In this document: piece after piece, positions 27,614 to 40,494 of the stretch
How the letters are laid out: each line of letters opens with the position of its first letter
Position numbering within the stretch: the stretch's first letter is position 1
DNA from: an uncultured Solirubrobacteraceae bacterium
Lineage (GTDB): Bacteria; Actinomycetota; Thermoleophilia; Solirubrobacterales; Solirubrobacteraceae
Assembly: GCA_963835735.1 (NCBI GenBank)
Contig: CAWIGP010000003.1
Span: 129,737-193,736 of the forward strand
Length of the DNA stretch: 64,000 bases
Direction of reading: 5' to 3'
Made by a program: the position numbers and the translations under genes
Notes under the pieces: generated by a model
What the model was told of the DNA's origin: nothing
Databases searched by the model: none
Seen by the model: the letters and a program-made list of their open reading frames with translations, nothing else

Positions 27614-29006
27614 ATGGCCGCCACCACCATTTCCACCTCCGTCACCGAACTGCCCGAGTCACGCGTGCGCGTGGACGCCGAGGTGCCGCCGGAGGAGGTC
27701 GAGAAGCGCATCGCGGTCGCCGCGCGCTCGCTCGGCCGCAACATGCGCGTCCCCGGCTTCCGCGCCGGCAAGGCGCCCGCGCCCGTCGTGATCAAGCGGG
27801 TCGGCCGCGACGCCGTGCTCGATGAGGCCGTGCGCGACTCGATCGGCGCGTGGTACTCCGCCGCGATCGACGACGCGGCGATCGTGCCGGTCGGCGAGCC
27901 GCAGCTCGACCTGGGCGAGCTGCCCGGCCAGGGCCAGCCGCTGACCTTCTCGATCGAGATCGGCGTCCGCCCTGAGGCCACACTCGGCGAGTACAAGGGC
28001 CTCGAGGTCGGCAAGCGCGAGCCCGAGGCGACCGACGAGGCGATCGAGGAGGAGATCGAGCGGCTGCGCGACCGTTCCGGCCGGCTCGAGACCGTCGAGC
28101 GCCCGGCCGCCGAGGGCGACTTCGTGGTGATGGATTACAAGGGCACGATCGACGGCGTGGCGTTCGCCGGCGGCGAGGGCCGCGACCAGATGGTCGAGCT
28201 CGGGCTCCGGCCGGCTGGTGCCCGGCTTCGAGGAGCAGCTCACCGGCGCGGCCGCGGGTGAGGAGCGCACCGTCAAGGTCACGTTCCCGGACGACTACGG
28301 CGCCGACGAGCTCGCCGGCAACGACGCCGAGTTCGCCGTGACGGTCAAGGAGGTCAAGGCGAAGGAGCTCCCCGCCGTCGACGACGACCTCGCCGCCGAG
28401 GCCGGCTTCGACACGCTCGACGAGCTGCGCGACGACATCCGCGAGCGCCTGTCCGAGGGCGAGGAGCGCCGCATCGAGGCCGAGTTCCGCGAGGCGGTGC
28501 TCGACTCCGCCGTCGCCAACGCGACCGTCGAGGTGCCCGAGGCGCTGGTCGAGGCGCGCGCCCGCGAGCTGTGGGACCAGATGCTGCACTCGCTCTCGCA
28601 CCAGGGGATCTCGAAGGAGATGTACCTGCAGATATCCGGCCGCGACGAGGACGACATCGTCAGCGAGGGCAGGCCGGACGCCGAGCGTCAGCTCAAGCGC
28701 GAGGCGGTGCTCGCCGCGGTCGTCGCCGCGGAGCAGATCGAGCCGAGCGAGGACGAGGTGCTCGAGGCGCTCGAGGAGGCCGCGCCGTCGGAGAGCACGA
28801 GCGCGAAGAAGCTGCTCGAGCGGATGAAGTCCGCAGGGCGCCTGGACACGTTCAAGGCCGAGCTCGCGAACCGCAAGGCGCTCGACCTGCTGGCCTCCTC
28901 GGCGACGCCGATCAGCGTCGAGCAAGCGCAGGCGCGGGACAAGCTGTGGACCCCCGGCAGGGACGCCGAGGCGCGCTCGCAGCAGCTCTGGACGCCGGGT
29001 TCCTGA
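27614..29006 (+). pseudogene. tig: trigger factor, split by a single extra G
   Basis: Starts at ATG 27614 behind GGAGG. ORF 27401..28261 carries the N-terminal and PPIase parts and ORF 28218..29006 the remainder. Deleting one G of the run 28202-28204 restores ..MVELGSGRLVPGFEEQLTG.., the conserved trigger-factor motif. Confidence 0.9.
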
Positions 29007-29118
29007 CCCCACCCAGCCGCCCTTGCGGCGTTGCTAGACTCGCGCCGAGACGAGCGGGCAGCAGCTGATTGCTCGCCGTGAAGGATTCAGGCGCCGTACG
29101 CGAAACGAAGCGAGGACC

Positions 29119-29703
29119 GTGAGCCCACTCGTCCCAATGGTCGTCGAACAGACCTCGCGCGGAGAGCGCGCGTTCGACATCTATTCCCGCCTGCTGAGCG
29201 AGCGGATCATCTTCCTCGGCACGCCGGTGGACGACCAGATCGCGAACCTCGTCGTGGCGCAGCTGCTGCACCTCGAGTCCGAGGATCCCGACAAGGACAT
29301 CTCGCTCTACATCAACTCGCCCGGCGGCTCGGTCTACGCCGGCCTCGCGATCTACGACACGATGCAGTTCATCAAGCCCGACGTGGCGACGATCTGCGTC
29401 GGGATCGCGATGTCGATGGGCGCGCTGCTGCTGGGCGGCGGCGCGCACGGCAAGCGCATGGCGCTCCCGAACGCGAAGATCCTGATCCACCAGGTGTCGT
29501 CCGGCTTCCAGGGTCAGGCGACCGACATCGAGATCCACGCGCGCGAGGTGATCGACCTCCGCCGCCGGCTCGACGAGATCATCGCCGAGCACTCGGGCCA
29601 GAGCATCGAGAAGGTCAAGCAGGACACCGAGCGCGACTACTTCATGTCCTCCGAGGAGGCCAAGGAGTACGGCATCATCGACCGGGTCATCTCGGAGCAC
29701 TAG
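29119..29703 (+). CDS. clpP: ATP-dependent Clp protease proteolytic subunit
   Basis: 194-aa ORF with a typical ClpP sequence ([19 protein letters not shown]-type Ser region [12 protein letters not shown]). Confidence 0.95.
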   Translation: MSPLVPMVVEQTSRGERAFDIYSRLLSERIIFLGTPVDDQIANLVVAQLLHLESEDPDKDISLYINSPGGSVYAGLAIYDTMQFIKPDVATICVGIAMSMGALLLGGGAHGKRMALPNAKILIHQVSSGFQGQATDIEIHAREVIDLRRRLDEIIAEHSGQSIEKVKQDTERDYFMSSEEAKEYGIIDRVISEH

Positions 29704-29722
29704 GCTCTGGGGAGGAGGACTC

Positions 29723-30997
<1,275 letters not shown>

Positions 30998-31015
30998 CCG
31001 CTCGAGCCTCGCCGG

Positions 31016-32968
31016 GTGGCGGGCGATCGCGAGATGCCCCGCTCGGTGAAGACACTGCTGGCCGTGGTGATCGCCGCGGGAGCCGCGGTCGTCGCGGTGT
31101 GCGTCGCGACGCTCGCCGGCGACCCCGTCGAGCGCACCGGGCTGATCGCCGTGCTCGCGGCGGGGATGTTCCTCGCCGAGCTGATCCCGATCCGGGTGCC
31201 GGGGCGCGCCGAAGAGGTCAGCTTCTCCACGTCGTTCACGTTCGCGCTGCTCGTCACGCACGGGACGGCGGAGGCGGTCCTCGTCGCCACCGGCACGCTG
31301 CTCCTCGCCGACACGCTGCGGCGCCGCGCGCCGATCAAGGTCGCCTACAACGCGGCCCAGTACGCGATCTCCTGGGCGGTCGCCGGCCTCGTGTACGAGC
31401 TGATCGCCGGATCGCCGGGACTGGACGTCGAGACCGTCGCGCCGGGCGAGCTGGTCGGGCTGCTCGCGTCAGGACTGGCCTACGGGGTGGTCAACGGAAT
31501 GCTCGCCCCGCTCCCGCCGGCGCTGCTCGGCGGCGGGCTCGTCTGGCCCGAGCTGCGGCGCGGCATGGAGTTCGTGGTCGGCACGACGCTCGCGCTCGTC
31601 GCACTCGCGCCGATCATCGTCGTGGTCGCCGGTAACGAGCTGTGGCTGGTGCCGCTGCTCGCGGCGCCGCTGGCCGCGATCCAGCTCGGCACTCGCCAGG
31701 CGCTGATCAACGAGGCGAGCGCGCGCATCGACGCCGTGAGCGGCGCGCTGACGCGCAGCGAGCTCGAGCACGAGCTGGAGCGGCGGCTGCGCGCGCCAGA
31801 GATGGACCCGGCCGTCGTGGTCCTCGACATCGTCGGGTTCGGGGACGTCAACGACGCGCTCGGCTATCGCGCGGGCGACGTCGTGCTGGCCACGGTGGCG
31901 GAGCGGCTGGGCGACGCCGCCGCACGCGGCGACCGCGTCGCCCGGACCGGCGGCGACGCGTTCGGGGTGCTGTGCGACGCGGGACGGGTCGAGTCCGTCG
32001 TCGCGCAGATCGAGGCCGCGCTCGAGCCGCCCGTGCCGGTGGGCGAGCTGGCGGTCGACGTGCGCGCCGTCGTCGGCGTGGCGTCCGCGCCGGCGCCCGA
32101 CGCCGCCACGCTGCTGCGCGAGGCCGACCTCGCGCTGCGGACCGCAAAGTCCCAAGGCCTGCCGTGGGCGCGCTTCGAGCCGGCGATGGCCGCAGGCGCG
32201 GCCGAGCGGCTCGCGCTCGCGCCGGAGCTGCGACGGGCGATCGGCGCGGGGCAGTTGGTGCTCCACTACCAGCCGAAGGTCGACCTGAGCACCGGGGAGC
32301 TGGCCGGCGTCGAGGCGCTGGTGCGCTGGAACCGCCCCGGGCACGGGCTCGTCCCGCCGGGCGCGTTCATCGACCTGGCCGAGCGCACGGGGCTGATCCG
32401 GCCGCTGACGTCCTGGGTGCTGCGCGCGGCCGTCGCGGACCAGGAGCGGTGGGCGGCCGGCGGCGTGCGCGTGCCGGTGGCCGTGAACCTCTCGGCGCGC
32501 GTGCTGCACGCGAACCTGGTCGACGAGATCGCCGCGCTGCTGGGACGCGGCACGCTCGAGCTCGAGGTCACAGAGTCTGCCGCGATGCGCGATCCCGAAC
32601 GCGCCCTCACGGTGCTGCGCCGACTCGCGGGGCTCGGTGTCCGCCTCAGCGTCGACGACTTCGGGACCGGCCACTCGTCGCTCGCCTACCTGGCGCGGCT
32701 GCCGGTGGCTGCGCTGAAGATCGACCGCGAGTTCGTCGCCGGACTGGACACGGACGCGGCGAACCGCAGCATCGTCAGCACGACGGTCGAGCTGGGGCAG
32801 CAGCTCGGGCTGCAAGTCGTCGCGGAGGGCGCCGAGGATGAGGCGACGCTCGCGATCCTGCGCACCCTGGGCTGCGACCTCGCCCAGGGCTTCGGAATCG
32901 CTCGGCCGATGCCGGCCGACGCCGTCACCGACTGGGCGGCGCAGCACACGGCGGAGCGATCTACCTGA
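31016..32968 (+). CDS. membrane-anchored GGDEF-EAL protein (degenerate GGDAF site, intact EAL)
   Basis: 650-aa ORF (start GTG 31016 or ATG 31034). About 230 aa of TM helices, then a GGDEF domain with RTGGDAFGV, then an EAL domain with [16 protein letters not shown] and EGAEDE. Confidence 0.85.
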   Translation: MAGDREMPRSVKTLLAVVIAAGAAVVAVCVATLAGDPVERTGLIAVLAAGMFLAELIPIRVPGRAEEVSFSTSFTFALLVTHGTAEAVLVATGTLLLADTLRRRAPIKVAYNAAQYAISWAVAGLVYELIAGSPGLDVETVAPGELVGLLASGLAYGVVNGMLAPLPPALLGGGLVWPELRRGMEFVVGTTLALVALAPIIVVVAGNELWLVPLLAAPLAAIQLGTRQALINEASARIDAVSGALTRSELEHELERRLRAPEMDPAVVVLDIVGFGDVNDALGYRAGDVVLATVAERLGDAAARGDRVARTGGDAFGVLCDAGRVESVVAQIEAALEPPVPVGELAVDVRAVVGVASAPAPDAATLLREADLALRTAKSQGLPWARFEPAMAAGAAERLALAPELRRAIGAGQLVLHYQPKVDLSTGELAGVEALVRWNRPGHGLVPPGAFIDLAERTGLIRPLTSWVLRAAVADQERWAAGGVRVPVAVNLSARVLHANLVDEIAALLGRGTLELEVTESAAMRDPERALTVLRRLAGLGVRLSVDDFGTGHSSLAYLARLPVAALKIDREFVAGLDTDAANRSIVSTTVELGQQLGLQVVAEGAEDEATLAILRTLGCDLAQGFGIARPMPADAVTDWAAQHTAERST

Positions 32969-33007
32969 CCTCCGCGCCTCGGGTCTGGTCCTAGACTCCG
33001 GGGCCCG

Positions 33008-35563
33008 ATGGCCAACCTGCAGGAGCGCACCCGCTGGGAGCCCGACGAGGCCGAGGCGCGCATCTTCGCGCGCTGGCTGGAGTCGGGCCTGTTCCACCCC
33101 GAGCCGGCCGGGACGGCCGCCGAGAACTACTCGATCGCCGTCCCGCCGCCGAACGTCACGGGCGAGCTGCACATGGGCCATGCACTCAACGGCTCGTTGC
33201 AGGACACGCTGATCCGCTACCACCGGATGCTGGGGCGGCGCACCAAGTGGACGCTCGGCACCGACCACGCCGGGATCGCCACTCAGCGACAGGTGGAGAA
33301 GCTGCTGCTCACTGAGGGCACGAGCCGCGAGGAGCTCGGCCGCGAGGCGTTCATCGAGCGTGTCTGGCAGTGGCGCGAGCAGTACGGCGGCACGATCATC
33401 GGCCAGTTCCAGCGGCTCGGCGCCTCGCTGGACTACGACGAGGAACGCTTCACGCTCGACGACGCCTACGCGCGCGCGGTCATGAAGGTGTTCGTCGACC
33501 TGTACGAGAAGGGCCTGATCTACCGCGACTACTACATGGTCAACTGGGATCCCGGGCTGCGCTCGGCGATCTCCGATCTCGAGGTCGAGGAGCGCGAGGT
33601 CACCGACACGCTCTACTACGTCGATTACCCGCTCGCCTCGGGCGTCGGCTCGATCACCCTCGCGACCGTGCGGCCGGAGACGATGCTGGCCGACACCGCG
33701 ATCGCGGTGCATCCCGATGATGAGCGTTATACGCGCCTGATCGGTGAGTCCGCGATCCTTCCGCTCGTCGGCCGCAAGCTGCGCATCATCGCCGACCCAT
33801 ACGTGAAGCCGGAGTTCGGCACCGGCGCGCTGAAGATCACGCCGGGCCACGACCCCAACGACTTCGAGATCGGTCGCGCGCACGGGCTCGAGGAGCTGGT
33901 CGTCATCGGCGAGGACGGGCGCCTGAACGAGAACGCGCCGGACGCGTTCCGCGGCCTGACCGCGCTCGAGGCGCGCGAGGCGGTGGTCGCCGCCCTACGC
34001 GACGAGGGCCGGATCGCCCGGACCGAGCAGTACGTGCACGCGGTGCCCTACTCGCACCGCTCCGGGGAGCGGATCGAGCCGCTGATCAGCCTGCAGTGGT
34101 TCATGAGGATGGACGAACTGGCGGTGCCCGCGATGGAGGTCGTGCACGACGGCCGACTGCGCATCCATCCGGAGAGCCAGCGCAAGCGCTATCTCGATTG
34201 GCTCGCCGCGATCCGACCGTGGGCCATCTCGCGCCAGCTCTGGTGGGGCCACCAGATCCCGGTCTGGTACCGCGGCGACGAGACGTACGTCGGGACCGAG
34301 CCGCCGGAGGGCGACGGCTGGGAGCGCGACCCCGACGTGCTCGACACGTGGTTCTCGTCCGGCCTGTGGCCGTTCGCGACGCTCGGCTGGCCGGACGACA
34401 CGCCGGAGCTGCGCGCGTTCTACCCCACCGACGTACTCTCCACCGGTCGCGACATCCTCTTCCTGTGGGTCGCGCGGATGGTGATGCTCGGGATCGAGTT
34501 CACCGGCGAGGTGCCGTTCTCCGACGTCCTCAACCACTCGATCATCCTGGCCCCGGACGGGCGCCGCATGTCCAAGTCGCTGGGCACCGGAATCGACCCG
34601 CTCGAGGTGATCGACGAGTTCGGCGCCGACGGCACGCGCTTCGGCCTGCTCGCGATGTCCTCGACGCAGGACGTCCGCTTCTCGGTCGAGAAGGTCGCGC
34701 AGGGCCGCCAGCTCGCCAACAAGCTGTTCAACGCGACGCGGCTCGTGCTCCTGCGCACGGCGGACGGCGTCGTGCTCGACGACGAGCCGCCGCGGCCGGC
34801 GGCCGTCGAGGATGCCTGGATCCTCTCGCGCCTGGAGCGCGCGAAGGCCGGCACCGCGCACGCGATCGAGTCGTTCGAGCTCCACCGCGTCGCGCTCGGG
34901 CTGTACGACTTCGTCTACGGCGAGCTGTGCGACTGGTACCTGGAGATCGTCAAGCCGCGCCTGTACGCGGAGGACAACCGCGAGGTCAGCCGCTTCGCGC
35001 TCGGCGTGATCGCCGAGACGCTCGCGCTCGCCCACCCGGTCATTCCGTTCGTGACCGAGGAGCTGTGGTCGCATGTCCCCGGTGCCGACGGCCTGCTCAT
35101 GGCGCGCCGCTGGCCCGTGGCCGACGAGTCGCTGATCGACCCTGACGCCGAGGGCGAGGTCGGGCGCGCGATCGCCGCCGTGCAGGAGCTGCGCGGCTGG
35201 CGCGACCGGATCGGCGCCACGCCGTCCGCCGTGCTCCCGGCGCGGCTCGAGGCCGGCGGCTACGAGCGCACCGCCGAGCACGTCGCGCGACTCGCGCGCG
35301 TGGCATGGTCGCTCGACGGCGGCGACCCCGCCGCGGCGGTCTCGGTGCCGGGCGGCACGGTCGCCGTGCTGGCGTCGGACGCCGTCGACCTCGGCGCGGC
35401 GGCGCGCCGGATCGACGAGCGACGGGGCTGGCTGGAGGGCGAGATCGCGCGTGCCGAGAAGAAGCTGGCCAACGAGGGCTTCGTCTCCAAGGCGCCGGAT
35501 GCGGTTGTGGCGGCCGAGCGCGACAAGCTCGCGCGGCTGCGCGAGGAGCGTGCGAGCCTGTGA
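33008..35563 (+). CDS. valS: valine--tRNA ligase
   Basis: 851-aa ORF with class I motifs (PPNVTGELHMGH, KMSKS) and a C-terminal coiled coil. Confidence 0.95.
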   Translation: MANLQERTRWEPDEAEARIFARWLESGLFHPEPAGTAAENYSIAVPPPNVTGELHMGHALNGSLQDTLIRYHRMLGRRTKWTLGTDHAGIATQRQVEKLLLTEGTSREELGREAFIERVWQWREQYGGTIIGQFQRLGASLDYDEERFTLDDAYARAVMKVFVDLYEKGLIYRDYYMVNWDPGLRSAISDLEVEEREVTDTLYYVDYPLASGVGSITLATVRPETMLADTAIAVHPDDERYTRLIGESAILPLVGRKLRIIADPYVKPEFGTGALKITPGHDPNDFEIGRAHGLEELVVIGEDGRLNENAPDAFRGLTALEAREAVVAALRDEGRIARTEQYVHAVPYSHRSGERIEPLISLQWFMRMDELAVPAMEVVHDGRLRIHPESQRKRYLDWLAAIRPWAISRQLWWGHQIPVWYRGDETYVGTEPPEGDGWERDPDVLDTWFSSGLWPFATLGWPDDTPELRAFYPTDVLSTGRDILFLWVARMVMLGIEFTGEVPFSDVLNHSIILAPDGRRMSKSLGTGIDPLEVIDEFGADGTRFGLLAMSSTQDVRFSVEKVAQGRQLANKLFNATRLVLLRTADGVVLDDEPPRPAAVEDAWILSRLERAKAGTAHAIESFELHRVALGLYDFVYGELCDWYLEIVKPRLYAEDNREVSRFALGVIAETLALAHPVIPFVTEELWSHVPGADGLLMARRWPVADESLIDPDAEGEVGRAIAAVQELRGWRDRIGATPSAVLPARLEAGGYERTAEHVARLARVAWSLDGGDPAAAVSVPGGTVAVLASDAVDLGAAARRIDERRGWLEGEIARAEKKLANEGFVSKAPDAVVAAERDKLARLREERASL

Positions 35564-36762
35564 CGTGGTCGGTCGAACGCGCCGAGGACCACCTGCTCGG
35601 GCTCGAGCTGTTCGGCATGCGCTTCGGGCTGGAGCGCATGCGCCGGCTGCTGACCGCGCTCGACACGCCGCAGGAGCGCTTCTCCGCGATCCACGTCGTC
35701 GGCACGAACGGCAAGAGCTCGACGGTGCGCATGACGGCGGCGCTGCTCGAAGCGCACGGCGTGCGCACGGGCGCGTTCGTCTCCCCGCACCTGACGACGT
35801 TCGCGGAGCGGATCCGGATCGGTGACCGCGACCTCGAGCCTGCCGCATTCGGCGCCGCGGTGCAGCGCGCGGCCGCCGCGGCGGCGAAGGTCGACCGCGG
35901 GCTGGAGACCGGCGACCGCGTCACCCAGTTCGAGCTGATCACCGCCGCGGCGTTCGACGAGCTGGCGCGGCGCGGGGTGGAGGTCGCGGTCGTCGAGGCC
36001 GGCCTCGGCGGCCGCCACGACGCGACCGGCGTGCTGCGCGCGCCGATCGTCGTGTTGACGAACGTCGGGCTGGAGCACACCCGCTGGCTCGGGCCGACGG
36101 TCGCCGACATCGCGCGCGAGAAGCTCGCCGTCGTGCGGCCGGATGCCACGCTCGTGCTGGGCGAGGTGCCAGCGGAGGTCGAGGAGCTCGCGGTCGCGAC
36201 CGGTGCGCGGATCGTCCGGCCGGAGCCGGTCGACACGCAGCTGCCCGGCTACCAGGGCGAGAACTTCGCCGTCGCCCGCGCGGCGGCGCGCGAGCAGCTC
36301 GGGCTGCTCGACCCACTTGTGGTCGAGCGCGTCGCCGCCTCCATCACCGTGCCGGGCCGGCTGCAGGTCGTCGCCGAGCGGCCGCTCACGATCCTCGACG
36401 GCGCGCACAACCCGAGTGGCGTCGAGGCGTTGGCCGCCGCGCTGCCGGAGCGCCCGTTCGTCGCCGTCGTCTCGATCCTCGACGACAAGGACGCGGCGTC
36501 GATGCTGCGTGCGCTGCTGCCGCGCTGCGAGCGCTTCGTCTGCACGGCGGCGCCCAGCCCCCGCGCGCTGTCGCCGGCCACGCTCGCGTCGCTCGTGGAG
36601 CAGCTCGGCGCGGAGGCGGAGATCGTCCCGGCGCCCCGCGCCGCCGTCGCCCGCGCGCAGGGGCTGGCCGGGCCCGAGGGCGCAGTGGTCGCGACCGGAT
36701 CGATCTACCTGATCGCCGAGTTGGTCTCGGCTCCAGGACGGCGGAGGGCCTCCGCGCTGTGA
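35560..36762 (+). CDS. folC: bifunctional folylpolyglutamate synthase / dihydrofolate synthase
   Basis: Inside ORF 35305..36762. GTG 35560 overlaps the valS stop (GTGA). Contains HVVGTNGKSS (Mur-ligase P-loop) and a DGAHNP motif. Confidence 0.85.
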   Translation: MTWSVERAEDHLLGLELFGMRFGLERMRRLLTALDTPQERFSAIHVVGTNGKSSTVRMTAALLEAHGVRTGAFVSPHLTTFAERIRIGDRDLEPAAFGAAVQRAAAAAAKVDRGLETGDRVTQFELITAAAFDELARRGVEVAVVEAGLGGRHDATGVLRAPIVVLTNVGLEHTRWLGPTVADIAREKLAVVRPDATLVLGEVPAEVEELAVATGARIVRPEPVDTQLPGYQGENFAVARAAAREQLGLLDPLVVERVAASITVPGRLQVVAERPLTILDGAHNPSGVEALAAALPERPFVAVVSILDDKDAASMLRALLPRCERFVCTAAPSPRALSPATLASLVEQLGAEAEIVPAPRAAVARAQGLAGPEGAVVATGSIYLIAELVSAPGRRRASAL

Positions 36763-36875
36763 ACGACAACGGCCCCAGCGTGCTCGGGATGATCGCCCTC
36801 GTGGCGGTCGTCGTCGCGCTCACGATCCTGATCTTCTTCGCCCTCGGCTACGCTTTCGGGCGGATGTTCCTCTAG
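36759..36875 (+). CDS. candidate 38-aa single-TM peptide translationally coupled to folC
   Basis: Below the ORF-track size cutoff. GTG 36759 overlaps the folC stop (GTGA). Hand translation: VNDNGPSVLGMIALVAVVVALTILIFFALGYAFGRMFL*. Confidence 0.4.
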   Translation: MNDNGPSVLGMIALVAVVVALTILIFFALGYAFGRMFL

Positions 36876-36913
36876 TCGGCCGGTGCCGTCGCTACGGTTT
36901 CTGCCGCGTTCTC

Positions 36914-37453
36914 ATGCTCAGCTTCGGCGTCTTCGGCATCGACAACGACGCGCTCAACACGGCCGTCAACGTCCTCATCCTCGTGCTCATCGTGGTGTGG
37001 GCTGCGCTCGTGTTCTGGACGTTCGCCGACGCGCGGCGCCGGATCGACGACCCGATGCTGGTCGGCTGCGCGACGCTCGCGTCGCTGTTCCCCTTCGTCG
37101 GGACGATCATCTACTGCATCGTCCGGCCGCCGGAGTACCTCGACGACGTGCGCCTGCGCGAGCTCGAGATGCAGGCCGCCGAGGCGCGCCTCGTGCAGCT
37201 CGACTACGAGCTCTGCCCGCATTGCGAGTACGAGGTCAAGTCCGACTACCTGCGCTGTCCGAGCTGCATGCGCAAGCTGAAGGACCGCTGCGTTTCGTGC
37301 GGCAAGGCGATCGACCCCGCCTGGCGGCTCTGCCCCTACTGCGAGGCCGAGACGGGGGCGGCGCCGCCGGCGTCGGCCAGCCGCCGGCGCCGCCGCGGCT
37401 CCACGACGTCCGAGGACGCCGTGGCCGAGGCCTCGCCGCGCTCCTCACGCTGA
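36914..37453 (+). CDS. membrane protein with a C-terminal double zinc-ribbon
   Basis: 179-aa ORF with two N-terminal TM helices, then CPHC..CPSC and CVSC..CPYC cysteine pairs. Confidence 0.6.
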   Translation: MLSFGVFGIDNDALNTAVNVLILVLIVVWAALVFWTFADARRRIDDPMLVGCATLASLFPFVGTIIYCIVRPPEYLDDVRLRELEMQAAEARLVQLDYELCPHCEYEVKSDYLRCPSCMRKLKDRCVSCGKAIDPAWRLCPYCEAETGAAPPASASRRRRRGSTTSEDAVAEASPRSSR

Positions 37454-37472
37454 ACTCGACCACGGAGACCAA

Positions 37473-37871
37473 ATGGACCGGACCCTGATCCTGGTGAAGC
37501 CGGACGCCTTCGCGCGCAACCTGACCGGCGAGATCATCGCCCGCTTCGAACGCAAGGGGCTGCGGATCGCGGCTCTGCGCCACATGACGCTCGACCGTCC
37601 GCTGGCGGAGCGGCATTACGCCGAGCACGAGGGCAAGCCGTTCTTCGGGGAGCTGGTGTCGTTCATCTCGTCCGGCCCGCTGGTCGCGATGATCCTCGAG
37701 GGCCAGGACGCCGTCGTCGCGGCGCGCCAGGTGATCGGGGCGACCAACCCGCTCGAGGCCGCGCCGGGCTCGATCCGCGGCGATTTCGCGATCGAGGTCG
37801 GCCAGAACATGGTCCACGGCTCCGACTCGCCCGAGTCGGCCGAGCGCGAGGCGAACCTGTTCTTCCCGTGA
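37473..37871 (+). CDS. ndk: nucleoside-diphosphate kinase
   Basis: 132-aa ORF: [10 protein letters not shown]..., NMVHGSDS active-site His region. Confidence 0.95.
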   Translation: MDRTLILVKPDAFARNLTGEIIARFERKGLRIAALRHMTLDRPLAERHYAEHEGKPFFGELVSFISSGPLVAMILEGQDAVVAARQVIGATNPLEAAPGSIRGDFAIEVGQNMVHGSDSPESAEREANLFFP

Positions 37872-38418
37872 TCCTGGCGAGCGCGTCGCCGCAGCGGCGC
37901 GCGATCCTCGCCCAGGTGCGGATCCCGTTCACGGTCGCGCCCACCGGTGTGGAGGAGCTGACGGCGGGCGAGCCGCACGCGGTCGCCGCCGAGAACGCGC
38001 GCCGCAAGGCGCTCGCGGTCGGGGGTCAGAGCTGCCCAGCCGACGCCCGCTCGTGCTCGGCGCGGACACGCTGGTCACGATCGACGGCGAGATCCTCGGC
38101 AAGCCGCGCGACGCCGCCCAGGCGGCCGAGTACGTCGGCCGCCTGGCGGGCCGCTCGCACGAAGTCGTCGGCGGGATCGCGCTCGCGCGCGACGGCGAGA
38201 TCACGGCCGAGGCGGTCGAGGTCACCGAGGTCGTCTTCCGCGAACTGACGGCCGACGACGTCAAGGAGTACGTGGCGCTCGGCGAGTGGGAGGGGAGGGC
38301 AGGCGGCTACGCGATCCAGGGCGCCGGAGCGGCGCTCGTGCGCCGCATCAACGGCGACTACCTCAATGTGGTCGGCCTCCCGCTTGCACGCTTATTGGAT
38401 CTCCTGCCGCACGGCTAA
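37868..38418 (+). pseudogene. maf: Maf-like nucleoside triphosphate pyrophosphatase, split by a missing base
   Basis: ORF 37868..38248 ([14 protein letters not shown]...) and ORF 38053..38418 (LGADTLVTIDGEILGKP...GGYAIQG...VVGLP) are in frames offset by -1. Adding one G to the run 38021-38025 joins them as ..ALAVGGSELPSRRPLVLGADT... Confidence 0.85.
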
Positions 38419-39540
<1,122 letters not shown>

Positions 39541-39615
39541 GCTGTTCGGCCGGGCCGTGCGCTCGCCGCTTGCGGCGGTAGCCTCCTCTCCGCTGGCCCG
39601 AGGAGTCTCTGGACG

Positions 39616-40494
39616 ATGTACGACAAACAGGTGCGACGTCGCCGTGCGGTCCTGTTCGCGCTCGTCGTGTGCTGCCTGATCCTGCTCACGGCGTACTTCG
39701 GCGAGTCCTCGGGCGGGCCGCTGCGATCGGTCCAGACCGGCGCGATGGAGGTCGTCGCCCCGGTGCAGGAGGGAACCAACCGCGCGCTCAAGCCTGTACG
39801 CGACCTGTTCGGCTGGTTCGGCGACACCTGGGATGCCAAGGACGAGCGCGACAAGCTCGAGGCCGAGCGCGACCAGCTGCGCCGGGAAGTCGCGCGCCTG
39901 CAGCTGATCGAGAACGAGAACGCCGAGCTGCGCGACATGGTCGACTACGCGCGCGGCAACGGGCTCGACGCCTACGAGCCGGTCACCGCGCGCGTGTACA
40001 GCCGCTCGAACTCGTCGTGGTACTCCACGATCGAGATCAACAAGGGCTCGAGCGACGGCGTCGCGGTCAACCAGCCGGTGATCAACGGCAAGGGCCTGGT
40101 CGGCAAGGTCAAGACGGTCTCCGACGGCAACGCGGTCGTGATGCTGCTCAGCGACTCCGAGTTCGGCGTCTCCGCGCTCGCCGCCCAGGCCGACCAACCC
40201 GGCTCGATCCTGCCGGTGGCGGGCTCGCCCGGCGACCTGCTGCTCGACCTTGTGCCCGACGCGAAGGAGATCCGCAAGGGCGATCGGATCGTCACCGCCG
40301 GGACGGTCTCCGACCGGCTCCCGTCGCCGTTCCCGGAGGGGATCCTGATCGGCACGGTCAAGCGGATCGACGGCGAGGGCGAGCTGGATCGCACGATCCA
40401 CGTGGCGCCCGCCGCCGACCTGCGCAGCCTCGACTTCGTGCAGGTGCTGACCAAGCCCGCGTCCGACCTGCGCGCCTCGACCGGTACGCCGTGA
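39616..40494 (+). CDS. mreC: rod shape-determining protein MreC
   Basis: 292-aa ORF with an N-terminal TM segment, a coiled coil (LEAERDQLRREVARLQ..ENAELR) and the MreC beta domain (VINGKGLVGKV, GILIGTV). Confidence 0.85.
   Translation: MYDKQVRRRRAVLFALVVCCLILLTAYFGESSGGPLRSVQTGAMEVVAPVQEGTNRALKPVRDLFGWFGDTWDAKDERDKLEAERDQLRREVARLQLIENENAELRDMVDYARGNGLDAYEPVTARVYSRSNSSWYSTIEINKGSSDGVAVNQPVINGKGLVGKVKTVSDGNAVVMLLSDSEFGVSALAAQADQPGSILPVAGSPGDLLLDLVPDAKEIRKGDRIVTAGTVSDRLPSPFPEGILIGTVKRIDGEGELDRTIHVAPAADLRSLDFVQVLTKPASDLRASTGTP

Noticed and set aside
32969-33007. T-box or other riboswitch leaders upstream of valS and leuS
   Set aside because: The spacers are only about 40 and 70 nt. That is too short for a T-box, and no specifier or T-box sequence is visible.
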